64,000 nt of DNA from an uncultured Clostridia bacterium (GTDB taxonomy: Bacteria; Bacillota; Clostridia; Saccharofermentanales; Saccharofermentanaceae), in contig CAMVBS010000003.1 in the NCBI GenBank assembly GCA_947165785.1, positions 12,656-76,655 of the forward strand, in the 5' to 3' direction. Below are positions 28,970 through 38,960 of the stretch, in pieces. Each line of letters opens with the position of its first letter. Within the stretch, counting starts at the first letter, position 1. The translations under genes and the position numbers were made by a program. The notes below the pieces were generated by a model. That model made no database searches. It worked only from the letters and a program-made list of their open reading frames with translations, and was not told the origin of the DNA.

Positions 28970-30595
28970 ATGCTCAAGGTTTTTCTCGTAGAGGACGAGT
29001 ATGTCGTCCGTGAAGGAATAAAGAACAATATCGACTGGAAGTCTCACGGATATGACTTCTGCGGAGAAGCAGGAGACGGCGAGCTTGCCTATTCAATGAT
29101 CCAGAAGGAAAAGCCCGATATCGTCATCACGGATATCAAGATGCCTTTCATGGACGGCCTTACGTTAAGCCGCATGATCAAGCAGGAATTTCCGTGGATC
29201 GAGATAATAATCCTCACCGGCTACGAAGATTTTCAGTTCGCGAGAGAAGCGATCAAGATAGGTGTATCATGCTATCTTCTTAAACCTGTCAACGGTGAGA
29301 GCATAATCAAGGAAGTCGATGCTCTTTCCCTGAAGATAATGGAGAAGAAAGCAGAGCGCGACGCATCCAAAAGATATGAAGAAGACATGCGCGAGAGGAC
29401 CGAGCTCGATAAGAGGGATCTTTTCAACGCTCTCGTTCGAGGCGGAAAGAGCGCTTCGGAGATAATAAGCGAAGCCAAGAAGCTTTCCATAGATCTGTCG
29501 GCACTTCGTTATAACGTAATGCTCCTTAAGCTTTGGTCCACCAAGCACGATATCGGAGAATTCTCCAACAGTGCCGTAAAGGTCGAGCAGAAGATCCGTA
29601 AGGCTGCAGAGGATAACGGAGCTATCTTTTTCGATTTCAAGATCGAAGGTACTGCCCTTCTTTTCAAGGGTGATGATGACGAACAGATCAAGAAGTCGAT
29701 CGACACAGCGATCAGCAGGATGAAGGAAGTTTTCGATGAGTATAAGAACATCAGATACTTCGGAGGAATAGGCCAGATCGTGGGAAGGATAACGGAGATC
29801 CCGACTTCCTTTGACTGGGCGAGCCGAGCATTCGCGCACCTTTACCTTACAAGCGAGAACGCTTTCCTTGTAGGATCAAAGGAAGGCCTTAAACCGAGTA
29901 ACGATACGGATATCCTCTCGGAGATTAATCCGCAGCACATAGACAGGCACCTCATAAAGAAGTTCCTCAGAGGCGGCGAGACTTCAGAGACTCCGTTCTT
30001 TCTCGAGGAGTTCCTTAACGGCATAGGAAACAATGCGATAAAGTCTTCGATGCTGCGTCAGTATATCGCAATGGATGTATATTTCTGCGTTGCTGATTTT
30101 ACCGAGAACGAGCTCGGACTTACAAGGACCGAACTCGAAGGCAAGGTCGAACTTCCGAGAGCCGACATACTCATGGACGAGAACAAGACTCATGAATATC
30201 TTGTCGATATCATAAACACTGCGCTTTCCCTAAGACAGGATCATGCACTCGGAAGATATCATGACGTTGTTAATGAAGTAACGGCGTTCATAGCAGAGCA
30301 CTACTCTGACGAAGAACTCTCGCTTAATACTTTGGCAGCACAGGTCAACTTCTCTCCTAACCACTTAAGTGCGATATTCAAGCAGGAGACAGGTCAGCCT
30401 TTCATCAAGTATCTTACGGACTACAGGATGAATGTTGCCAAGGACCTTCTCCGCCGTTCATCCAAGAAGAGCAACGAGATCGGAATAATGGTAGGCTACA
30501 AGGACCCTCACTATTTCTCCTATCTTTTCAAGAAGACACAGGGCGTTACGCCGACTCAGTACAGAAATACAGGTCTTGAAGACAACGAGGAATAA
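28970..30595 (+). CDS. Response regulator, CheY receiver + AraC-type HTH (YesN-like)
   Basis: Receiver motifs (LVEDE, DIVITDIKMPFMDG, KP) and a C-terminal AraC HTH (LSLNTLAAQVNFSPNHLSAIFKQETG). I prefer ATG 28970 over GTG 28964. Confidence 0.88.
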   Translation: MLKVFLVEDEYVVREGIKNNIDWKSHGYDFCGEAGDGELAYSMIQKEKPDIVITDIKMPFMDGLTLSRMIKQEFPWIEIIILTGYEDFQFAREAIKIGVSCYLLKPVNGESIIKEVDALSLKIMEKKAERDASKRYEEDMRERTELDKRDLFNALVRGGKSASEIISEAKKLSIDLSALRYNVMLLKLWSTKHDIGEFSNSAVKVEQKIRKAAEDNGAIFFDFKIEGTALLFKGDDDEQIKKSIDTAISRMKEVFDEYKNIRYFGGIGQIVGRITEIPTSFDWASRAFAHLYLTSENAFLVGSKEGLKPSNDTDILSEINPQHIDRHLIKKFLRGGETSETPFFLEEFLNGIGNNAIKSSMLRQYIAMDVYFCVADFTENELGLTRTELEGKVELPRADILMDENKTHEYLVDIINTALSLRQDHALGRYHDVVNEVTAFIAEHYSDEELSLNTLAAQVNFSPNHLSAIFKQETGQPFIKYLTDYRMNVAKDLLRRSSKKSNEIGIMVGYKDPHYFSYLFKKTQGVTPTQYRNTGLEDNEE

Positions 30596-31905
30596 TGATC
30601 CGCACCAGAGGTAAAAAACAACAGTCGAGGCTTGCGACACAGATACGTATCTCATATATCATCCTGCTCCTCCCGAGCGTGGTATTCATGGTCTATGCCC
30701 TGCTTAACATGTGGCGTATAAACGAACGTAATAACAGCATGCTCAATTCCGTCGTGACCGCGAGCGAATTCTCGCTGTCGTTCAAGGAGGACTTCGATTA
30801 CGAGACTTACCTTCTCATCGTAGGAAACGTATCACCTGAAGATTCGACTCTCGAGAAACAGCTCTATGATGCCCGTAGGGTCGTAACCGGACTTACCAAA
30901 TACACGAACTCCGACGACAACCAGAAAAGACTTGAATATGCAGAGAAATATCTGAATAACCTTGAGACTTACATTCAGCGTATCGAAGATAATCTCAAGT
31001 ACGAAGACCGTTATGACGACAATATGACCATCTGGGAGAACGACGTCCAGATCGTTACCTCCCTTCTTCAGGAGACCATCAACGAGTATATCTACTACGA
31101 GAACAGACAGATCCAGATAACGCAGGCAGAAAACAATGAATGGTTCTTCGACATAGCCGAGATCTCTCTTGGCATCCTCGCATTCAACCTCGTAAGTATC
31201 ACAGTCGTGTCCTATGTCGGTCCGCTCTGGATCACAAGGCCTATCGAGGAACAGGTAAAAGAGGAGCAGAAGAAGCTCCGCCGTTCCGAGTTCGAACTTC
31301 TCCAGTCCCAGATCAACCCTCACTTCTTATATAACACTTTGGACGCTATCGTCTGGTCTGCCGAAGCCGGCAACCAGAAACAGGTCGTAAACATGGTAGG
31401 AAACCTGTCGAATTTCTTCAGGCTCTCCCTGAATAAAGGTAAGGAGATCGTATCCGTCAAGGAAGAGCTGCAGCATGTCCGAAGCTACCTTGAGATCCAG
31501 CAGATAAGATATCAGGACATCCTCGACTTCGAGATCGACATCCCGCCTGAGATCGACGAGTATAAGATCCCGAAGCTCACCGTCCAGCCTATCGTCGAAA
31601 ACGCGCTCTACCACGGAATAAAGAACAAAAGGGGCGGCGGTAAGATTACCGTCTCCGCAAAGATCAAGGACGATCATTTCTTCATAATAGTAGAGGACAA
31701 CGGCAAAGGAATGACGGAAGAACGTCTGGCAGAAGTTCGAAAAGCCCTGGCAGAAGGCATTTCCGACAAGAACGTCGTCTACGGCATCTATAACGTTAAT
31801 GAGCGTATCCGCCTCCACTATGGCGAAGGATATGGTGTAACTATCAACAGCAAACTGGACGAAAAGACCGTCGTTTTGATCAAGTTGCCTAAAAAATCAA
31901 CCTAA
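30595..31905 (+). CDS. Sensor histidine kinase, YesM-like (His_kinase + HATPase_c)
   Basis: Two TM helices, then QINPHFLYNTLD and ENALYHG...DNGKGM. It has a TAATG overlap with the regulator gene. Confidence 0.88.
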   Translation: MIRTRGKKQQSRLATQIRISYIILLLPSVVFMVYALLNMWRINERNNSMLNSVVTASEFSLSFKEDFDYETYLLIVGNVSPEDSTLEKQLYDARRVVTGLTKYTNSDDNQKRLEYAEKYLNNLETYIQRIEDNLKYEDRYDDNMTIWENDVQIVTSLLQETINEYIYYENRQIQITQAENNEWFFDIAEISLGILAFNLVSITVVSYVGPLWITRPIEEQVKEEQKKLRRSEFELLQSQINPHFLYNTLDAIVWSAEAGNQKQVVNMVGNLSNFFRLSLNKGKEIVSVKEELQHVRSYLEIQQIRYQDILDFEIDIPPEIDEYKIPKLTVQPIVENALYHGIKNKRGGGKITVSAKIKDDHFFIIVEDNGKGMTEERLAEVRKALAEGISDKNVVYGIYNVNERIRLHYGEGYGVTINSKLDEKTVVLIKLPKKST

Positions 31906-32054
31906 ATCGTAAAAAAACACAACAAGATGACAAGAAGATAAAAAATCCAACTTGGTTTCGTTTTTTTCTCAATGTCCTTTTTTCATCAGTATTCCTAGAA
32001 TGAAGACAACTAAGGGGAAGGCCCTTAATCTTCAATTATTTTGGGAGGTAACAA

Positions 32055-33026
32055 ATGAAAAAAGTATTAGCTATATTCCTGGCATCTGTAATGGCATTCG
32101 GTCTTATGGCTTGCTCAAAGAAGGACGGAGGAAAAGAAGAAGGCGGCCTTATCAAGGTAGGTATCATCAACAACGATCCTTCTGAGTCCGGTTATCGTAC
32201 GGCTAACGTAGCAGACCTTAAGGCAATGTTCACTGAAGAGAACGGATATGACGCAGACTTCAAGTACAGTCTCAAGAACGATGAGCAGATCCAGTTTGCT
32301 CAGGCTTTCATTCAGGACGACGTTGATTATCTTCTCTTGTCAGCAGCAGACACAGCAGGCTGGGATACAGTTCTCCAGGATGCTAAGGATGCAGGCATCA
32401 AGGTAATCCTCTTCGACAGAACGATCGATGCAGACGCAAGTCTTTACGAAGCTTCCATCGTTTCCGACATGGACAAGGAAGGTAAGACAGCAGTTGACTG
32501 GCTCGCAAGCCAGAACCTCGACGAGTACAACGTAATCCATATCCAGGGCGTTATGGGTTCTGCAGCTCAGCAGGGCCGTTCCGGCGCACTTGACGACAAG
32601 GCAGCAGCTGAGAGCAACTGGAATATCGTTAAGCAGCAGACAGCTGAGTGGAACGCAGAGAAGGCTCAGCAGATCGTTCAGTCCGTTATCGACGCAGGCA
32701 CACCATTCAACGTAATCTATGCAGAGAACGACGATATGGCTAAGGGTGCAGTTGCAGCTTTGGATGCAGCAGGTATCTCTCACGGTGTTGGCAAGGACGT
32801 TATCGTTATGGGCTTTGACTGCAACAAGTGGGCTCTCGAAGAACTCCTTAACGGCAACTGGAACTATGACGGTCAGTGCAATCCTTTCCAGGCTTCTTAC
32901 CTCGATACAATCATCAAGGATCTCGAGGCCGGCAAGGCTCCTGCCGAGAAGACAGTCATCATGGATGAGAAGGGCTTCGATGCAGCTTCCATCACACAAG
33001 AAGACGTAGACAAATACGGCATTTAA
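32055..33026 (+). CDS. Sugar ABC transporter substrate-binding lipoprotein (YtfQ/RbsB-like)
   Basis: Lipobox GLMACSK and a type-I periplasmic-binding fold pattern. SD GGGAGG lies upstream. Confidence 0.85.
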   Translation: MKKVLAIFLASVMAFGLMACSKKDGGKEEGGLIKVGIINNDPSESGYRTANVADLKAMFTEENGYDADFKYSLKNDEQIQFAQAFIQDDVDYLLLSAADTAGWDTVLQDAKDAGIKVILFDRTIDADASLYEASIVSDMDKEGKTAVDWLASQNLDEYNVIHIQGVMGSAAQQGRSGALDDKAAAESNWNIVKQQTAEWNAEKAQQIVQSVIDAGTPFNVIYAENDDMAKGAVAALDAAGISHGVGKDVIVMGFDCNKWALEELLNGNWNYDGQCNPFQASYLDTIIKDLEAGKAPAEKTVIMDEKGFDAASITQEDVDKYGI

Positions 33027-33049
33027 ATCCAAATCATTTTACTGAAAGA

Positions 33050-33083
33050 CGCGGTGCGGGCCCCAGACCGCACTGCGTTTTTT
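33050..33083 (+). terminator. Intra-operon intrinsic terminator/attenuator after the binding-protein gene
   Basis: A 10-bp GC-rich stem (cgcggtgcgg with ccgcactgcg, one G-U pair) followed by TTTTTT. It sits between the SBP and ATPase genes. Confidence 0.7.
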
Positions 33084-33103
33084 CAAATTAAAGAGGTATC
33101 AAC

Positions 33104-34609
33104 GTGGAATCAAACAGAATGCTTGAGATGCGTGGCATCAATAAATCATTTCCCGGCGTAAGAGCACTTCAAAACGTCGACTTCTCACTTAACAAAGGTG
33201 AGATCCACGCTCTAATGGGCGAGAACGGTGCCGGCAAATCGACACTGATCAAAGTTCTGACCGGAGTATATTCAAAGGACGGCGGAACGATAAACCTGGA
33301 CGGAAAGGTCGTAAGCATCCATTCCCCGCAGGACGCACAGAATCTCGGTATCAGTACTGTATACCAGGAGATCACCCTCTGCCCTAACCTGACCGTTGCC
33401 GAGAACATGTTCATCGGCCGAGGTAAGGGTCAGATCACAAATTGGAAAAAAATGAACACCGATGCGGATAAGATCTTACAAAAGCTCGATATCCCGGCAA
33501 AGGCAACTCAGCAGCTCGCGAGCTGTTCCATCGCAGTACAGCAGATGGTAGCCATCGCCAGAGCCGTAGATATGAACTGTAAGGTATTGATCCTTGATGA
33601 GCCTACTTCTTCCCTCGACGAACTCGAAGTTGAAAAGCTCTTCGGTCTTATGAGAGATCTTAAAGCAACAGGTGTCGGTATTATATTCGTAACCCACTTT
33701 CTCGATCAGGTATATGAAGTCTGTGACAAGATCACTGTCCTTCGTGACGGTCAGCTGGTCGGAGAATATGAGATAAAAGATCTTCCGAGAGTCAAGCTCG
33801 TTGCAAAGATGCTCGGTAAGGAAATGGATGACTTGTCTGACATCAAGGGCGAGAAAGGAACCTACGAGGGCAAGGATCAGGATGAGAAGATATTCGAAGC
33901 AGAAGGCCTTCAGAGCAATGCCGGAATAAAGCCATTCGATTTCTATATCAAGAAAGGTGAGGTCAACGGCTTTACCGGACTTCTCGGTTCAGGCCGAAGC
34001 GAGTGCGTAAGAGCGATCTTCGGAGCTGACAGAGTAATAGGCGGCAAGGTCAAGGTTCACGGCAAGGAAGTTAAGATCAACGGTCCTTTGGATGCAATGA
34101 AGAACGGTATCGCATACCTTCCTGAGGACAGAAAGATAGACGGCATCATAGGAGACCTTTCAGTAAGAGACAATATCATTCTTGCGCTGCAGGTATTAAA
34201 AGGCTTTTTCAAGCCGTTTTCGAAAGCCCAGGCCTATGCCTTCGCAGATGAATACATAAAGAAATTAAATATCAAGACGGCATCAGCAGATACTCCGATC
34301 AAATCCCTCTCGGGCGGAAATCAGCAGAAGGTCATACTTGCAAGGTGGCTTTTGATGCATCCTGAATACCTTATACTCGACGAACCTACAAGAGGTATCG
34401 ACGTCGGAACAAAAGTAGACATTCAAAAACTCGTACTCGACCTGGCATCTGAAGGAATGAGCGTAACCTTTATCTCTTCAGAGACTGATGAGATGCTCCG
34501 TACCTGCTCAAGACTCGTGGTAATGCGAGACCGTAAAGTCGTCGGAGAACTCTCGGGTGAAGACCTTACCCAGGCAAAGATAATGAGCACGATAGCAGGA
34601 GGAGACTAA
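33104..34609 (+). CDS. Sugar ABC transporter ATP-binding protein, duplicated ATPase (YtfR/RbsA/MglA type)
   Basis: Walker A GENGAGKST plus a degenerate second site GLLGSGRS. Signature LSGGNQQKV. GTG start behind AAGAGG. Confidence 0.92.
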   Translation: MESNRMLEMRGINKSFPGVRALQNVDFSLNKGEIHALMGENGAGKSTLIKVLTGVYSKDGGTINLDGKVVSIHSPQDAQNLGISTVYQEITLCPNLTVAENMFIGRGKGQITNWKKMNTDADKILQKLDIPAKATQQLASCSIAVQQMVAIARAVDMNCKVLILDEPTSSLDELEVEKLFGLMRDLKATGVGIIFVTHFLDQVYEVCDKITVLRDGQLVGEYEIKDLPRVKLVAKMLGKEMDDLSDIKGEKGTYEGKDQDEKIFEAEGLQSNAGIKPFDFYIKKGEVNGFTGLLGSGRSECVRAIFGADRVIGGKVKVHGKEVKINGPLDAMKNGIAYLPEDRKIDGIIGDLSVRDNIILALQVLKGFFKPFSKAQAYAFADEYIKKLNIKTASADTPIKSLSGGNQQKVILARWLLMHPEYLILDEPTRGIDVGTKVDIQKLVLDLASEGMSVTFISSETDEMLRTCSRLVVMRDRKVVGELSGEDLTQAKIMSTIAGGD

Positions 34610-34612
34610 CAG

Positions 34613-35689
34613 ATGAACAGACAGTTATTAAAGAAGATAACGGGAAATCAGTTGTTTATCCCCTTACTTGCTCTTATACTTCTCGCACTTATCAACCTTA
34701 TTGCGGATCCGAGTTTTTTTAAGGTAACTCTCGGAACGAATAATGCAGGAAACCCTGTTCTTTCAGGTTCACCTATAACGATCCTCGACTACGGCTCAGA
34801 ACTTGCGATCCTTGCTATCGGCATGACGCTCGTAACTGCAGCATCAGGAGGACAGGATATCTCAGTAGGTGCTACGATCGCCATCGCAGGTTCTGTTATG
34901 CTCCGTGTACTTTGCGGAACGAACACAAGACCTGATACCATACAGGCTCCGATAATCGTTGCTTTCCTTGTAGCTTGTCTTGTCGGAATGCTGTGCGGTG
35001 CATTTAACGGAGCACTGGTATCCATCTTTAAGATACAGCCGATGATAGCAACGCTCATCATGTTTACCGCAGGCCGTTCGATAGCAGCATGGATCAATAA
35101 CAACGAGCTTCCTATCGTTCCTGATCCTAAGTTTCAGTACTTCGGAGGTTTTATCCCGGGTATCCCGATCCCTACCACGGTATTCATAGTCATACTCTGT
35201 GTTATCGTGATGTCGCTCGTACTTAAGTTCACCAATCTGGGACTTTATACTCAGGCAGTAGGTATCAATGAGAAGTCTTCAAGACTTAACGGTATCAATC
35301 CTACATTCATCAAGTTCATCACTTTCGTTATCCTCGGTCTTTGTGTTGCCGTAGCTGCTTTGATCAAGGTAAGCCGTATCGCGACGATCAACTATTCGGT
35401 AATCGCCAAGGACATCGAGATGGATGCGATCCTCGCAGTTGCTCTCGGAGGCAACTCTCTCTCAGGCGGTAAGTTCAATATGTGGGCATCGATCCTCGGA
35501 GCTTACGTTATCCAGTTCCTTACGACTACACTTTATAAGTTCAATGTACAGTCAGATGCACTTGCAGCTTATAAGGCAGTAGTAGTCATCATCCTCGTTG
35601 TCTTCTCTGCTCCTAAGGTAAGAGAATACATCGGACAATTCACTAAGAAGCTTTCTTCCGGAAAAGCAGTTAAGGGGGAAGCAAAATGA
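34613..35689 (+). CDS. Sugar ABC transporter permease (YtfT-like)
   Basis: A multi-pass membrane protein of the RbsC/AraH family pattern, 3 nt after the ATPase gene. Confidence 0.9.
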   Translation: MNRQLLKKITGNQLFIPLLALILLALINLIADPSFFKVTLGTNNAGNPVLSGSPITILDYGSELAILAIGMTLVTAASGGQDISVGATIAIAGSVMLRVLCGTNTRPDTIQAPIIVAFLVACLVGMLCGAFNGALVSIFKIQPMIATLIMFTAGRSIAAWINNNELPIVPDPKFQYFGGFIPGIPIPTTVFIVILCVIVMSLVLKFTNLGLYTQAVGINEKSSRLNGINPTFIKFITFVILGLCVAVAALIKVSRIATINYSVIAKDIEMDAILAVALGGNSLSGGKFNMWASILGAYVIQFLTTTLYKFNVQSDALAAYKAVVVIILVVFSAPKVREYIGQFTKKLSSGKAVKGEAK

Positions 35690-36726
35690 ACAAGAACAAA
35701 CTAATGAACAAGATCTTCTATAAGATGAGCGACACTAACCTTTTGCTGGTCATCACAGTCGTCATCTTCCTGCTCCTTTATATCGGAGCGATCATCTTCC
35801 AGGGCGGCGGATTTACAAAGCCTCAGATGTTCTTCACTATCTTAAATTCCAATGCCGCGCTCATCATCACTTCCATCGGAATGAGCATCGTAATGATAAG
35901 CGGCGGTATCGATATCTCGGTAGGCGGCGTCGTTGCACTGGTATCCATGTGCTGCGCGGTATATCTGGACTTCCACGGCGGAAGCATCTTCGGTTCGATC
36001 CTCATCGCACTCGGTATCGGTCTTGCTTTCGGACTTATCCAGGGATTTTTGGTAGCTTACCTTGACATTCAGCCGTTCATCGTATCACTTGCCGGAATGT
36101 TCTTTGCAAGAGGTATGACGACTATCGTAAACACAGCTCCGTTTAACGTTGAGAACGAAGCGTTCAATAAGTTAAAGCTTACAAGGATCAACGTTCCGGG
36201 AATGGGTTCCTACAACAGAAAAGGCATCTATATTCCCGCTTACGTCGAGATTGGTGTAGTGGTCGCCCTGATAATTGTGGTAGTATTGTTCTTGGTACTA
36301 CGCTATACAAAACTCGGAAGATCCTTTTACGCCGTCGGCGGTAATAAGCAGAGCGCACTTATGCTCGGCGTAAATGTTAAGAGAACTAAGTTTTTATCGC
36401 ACGTAATCTGTAGCCTTCTTGCCGGCATCGGCGGATATGTTTACTTCCTCCACGTCGGCTCCGGAGCAGCAAGCCACGCAGCCGGTATGGAAATGAACGC
36501 CATCGCTTCATCCATCATCGGAGGCACGATGCTCACGGGCGGTGTCGGTAATGTTATCGGATCGTTCTTCGGCGTACTGTCATTAAGTACGATCCAGAAC
36601 ATCGTAGCAGGCGCAGGTCTCGACGACGCATGGTGGACAGGTATCACCATCGCTGCGATGCTTTGCATATTCCTCCTGATCCAGAGTGTTGTAATGTGGC
36701 AGAAGAAGAAAGCGCTCAATTCTTGA
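35686..36726 (+). CDS. Sugar ABC transporter permease (YjfF-like)
   Basis: A second RbsC-family permease with a 4-nt overlap with the first. Confidence 0.9.
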   Translation: MNKNKLMNKIFYKMSDTNLLLVITVVIFLLLYIGAIIFQGGGFTKPQMFFTILNSNAALIITSIGMSIVMISGGIDISVGGVVALVSMCCAVYLDFHGGSIFGSILIALGIGLAFGLIQGFLVAYLDIQPFIVSLAGMFFARGMTTIVNTAPFNVENEAFNKLKLTRINVPGMGSYNRKGIYIPAYVEIGVVVALIIVVVLFLVLRYTKLGRSFYAVGGNKQSALMLGVNVKRTKFLSHVICSLLAGIGGYVYFLHVGSGAASHAAGMEMNAIASSIIGGTMLTGGVGNVIGSFFGVLSLSTIQNIVAGAGLDDAWWTGITIAAMLCIFLLIQSVVMWQKKKALNS

Positions 36727-36737
36727 GGAATGACTTA

Positions 36738-37826
36738 ATGAAAAAGACACTAGCACTGGCAATCTTACTGTTCCTGTTGGCAGTCATTCCGACTGCCTGC
36801 AGGGGTGGTAGTGCCGGAACTACTGAACAAACGCAGGAATCAGCCGTCGGTGATGATACGATCACCGTCGGCTTTTCGCAGCTCGGAGCAGAATCAGACT
36901 GGCGAAGCACCAACACGGAATCGATGCTCTCTGCCCTCTCCGAGGAGAACGGATATACACTCATATATAAGAACGGTCAGCAAAAACAGGCTAACCAGGT
37001 TACCGCACTTCGAATGTTCATCCAGCAGGAAGTGGATTATATAGTCCTCGCGCCGGAGACGGAGACAGGTTGGGAATTTGTCCTCGGAGAAGCAAAGGAA
37101 GCAGGTATCCCCGTGATCATCGTTGACAGACGGGTGGACGTTACCGACACTTCCCTTTACACTTGCTGGGTCGGATCTGACTTTGAGCTCGAAGGCCGCA
37201 AGATGGCTGCGTGGATATACTCCTACACTTCCCTCCAGGGACTTGCTCCTGAAGACATACATATAGTAAATATACAGGGAACCATCGGATCGACCGCACA
37301 GCTTGGAAGGACCGCGGGACTATCAAATGCGGCAAAGGAATACGGCTGGGATCTTCTCGAGGAAAAGAGCGGTGATTTCACCGAAGCCAAAGGCCGCGAA
37401 GTAATGAGCGAATTCCTGCGTACATATGATGATATCAATGTAGTCTATTGCGAGAACGACAACGAAGCGATCGGAGCCATCGATGCGATAGAGGCTGCCG
37501 GCAAGCACCCGGGTCCCGACATCGCGAACGGCGACATCCTGGTCGTATCATTCGACGGAATAAACAGCGTTGCAATGGACTACTTAAGAGAAGGCAAGAT
37601 CTCATGCATAGCAGAATGTAATCCGCATCACGGTCCGCGTGTAAAGGCTCTTATCGAGATGATCGAAAACGGTGAGACACCTGATAAGTTCAACTATGTA
37701 CCCGAGACATTATTCAGCTCCGTTAATGAAGTAAAGAGCGTGACCGTTGACGGCAAGCTCTACGAAGTCGAGCTCCCTCCTGTTCCCGAGCCGACTCCTG
37801 AAGAGACTTCTGAGAGCGAAGGATAA
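36738..37826 (+). CDS. Second sugar-binding lipoprotein (periplasmic-binding-protein type I)
   Basis: The start is reset to ATG 36738 (MKKTLALAILLFLLAVIPTACRG lipobox). The fold pattern resembles the first SBP, with a C-terminal P/E-rich tail. Confidence 0.8.
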   Translation: MKKTLALAILLFLLAVIPTACRGGSAGTTEQTQESAVGDDTITVGFSQLGAESDWRSTNTESMLSALSEENGYTLIYKNGQQKQANQVTALRMFIQQEVDYIVLAPETETGWEFVLGEAKEAGIPVIIVDRRVDVTDTSLYTCWVGSDFELEGRKMAAWIYSYTSLQGLAPEDIHIVNIQGTIGSTAQLGRTAGLSNAAKEYGWDLLEEKSGDFTEAKGREVMSEFLRTYDDINVVYCENDNEAIGAIDAIEAAGKHPGPDIANGDILVVSFDGINSVAMDYLREGKISCIAECNPHHGPRVKALIEMIENGETPDKFNYVPETLFSSVNEVKSVTVDGKLYEVELPPVPEPTPEETSESEG

Positions 37827-37918
37827 TCTTATCGATTTCTTAAACTTTCGTTAGCGATTCTTTTACTTTGCATCGATAACATATGATCATCAAAAGGAAA
37901 TCGCACGGAGGCAGTAAA

Positions 37919-38875
37919 ATGAACGAACAAGTAATGAGAAATTGCGAGATGATCGTAAAGAATTCCCTGGAAGCAACCAACTCCTATAAATGGGATAACA
38001 GACAGTCTCAGGTAACATTCGGAGCTGCTTATGATAAAGGGATCGTTACTTCCGAGCAGATAAATGCCGTCAAGCGTTTGATCGAGAGGAACACAGGCAC
38101 TTTTTCGATACTTAAGGAAGGTAAGATAAGACTTGCAGTCAATGCGGAGATCATGAAAAGTACAGATCCCGAGCAGGCATTGACTGACATCAAGAACATC
38201 TACGAGACATTAAAGAGAAAGTTCTCCTCAGGTTCAGCTACGGCTCTTGCAGCACTCATGATCCACAGTCTGAATAAAGACGCGGATGAGATGCTCGACA
38301 AGATGTACGCCATCTATAAGAAGATGGACTCCAGGCATTATTTTCTCAATTCTTCCGAGAATCTTGCCATCGTCGCTATGATGGCTTCTTCCCATAAGGA
38401 TATCGATGAGATCGTAAATGAATCCGAGAACATCTATAAGACGATCAACCCGTACTTCAGCAAGAGCGAAGCATTCGTTATCGCCAACATACTGTCAGCT
38501 TATGACGATCCTTTTGACTGGAAATGCAAGGCAGCTGTACAGATCTCCAAAGACCTCAAGGCAGCCCGCATTAAACTTAACTACTACGGCGCAGCTTCCA
38601 TGATCGCACCTTTGGCGATCATCTCATTAAGTATCGACAATAAAGTCATCGTAAACGAGATCCGCGAGGCAGATAACTATCTTTCTACCCAAAAGCCAAT
38701 CGGCGGTTTCTTCGGTGTAGGAACAACGATCAGGAATCTTCTCGCTGCTTCAGCTGTAGCAAGGGCCTATACGGATAATTCCGAAGACTCGCTCATCGAG
38801 AAGATCGCGGTCTTGGCATGTATCCGTGCAAGCCAGGCAGATGATGCAAACACTGCATATATCGCCACCATGTAA
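37919..38875 (+). CDS. Hypothetical protein, DUF4003-like (paralog B)
   Basis: Start at ATG 37919 behind GGAGG. It is collinear by eye with the product of 21324..22313. Confidence 0.5.
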   Translation: MNEQVMRNCEMIVKNSLEATNSYKWDNRQSQVTFGAAYDKGIVTSEQINAVKRLIERNTGTFSILKEGKIRLAVNAEIMKSTDPEQALTDIKNIYETLKRKFSSGSATALAALMIHSLNKDADEMLDKMYAIYKKMDSRHYFLNSSENLAIVAMMASSHKDIDEIVNESENIYKTINPYFSKSEAFVIANILSAYDDPFDWKCKAAVQISKDLKAARIKLNYYGAASMIAPLAIISLSIDNKVIVNEIREADNYLSTQKPIGGFFGVGTTIRNLLAASAVARAYTDNSEDSLIEKIAVLACIRASQADDANTAYIATM

Positions 38876-38916
38876 TGACAATTTTCTATGTTTGTTTGTG
38901 TTTTTGTTTTGGAACG

Positions 38917-38951
38917 GGAGCAGCCCTTAGGGACTGCTCCTGTTTCTATTT
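38917..38951 (+). terminator. Intrinsic terminator after DUF4003-like paralog B
   Basis: The stem ggagcagccc / gggactgctcc (one mismatch) is followed by tgtttctattt. Confidence 0.65.
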
Positions 38952-38960
38952 ACAAAAGCA

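Noticed and set aside
36630-36737. Longer upstream starts offered by the ORF track: 36630, 11406, 59951, 59367, 51728, 42450, 40139, 37883, 22401, 13893 and 9577.
   Set aside because: The extensions overlap the preceding gene, use TTG or GTG without an SD, or precede an obvious signal peptide or SD-ATG. I used internal starts with GGAGG-type sites instead.
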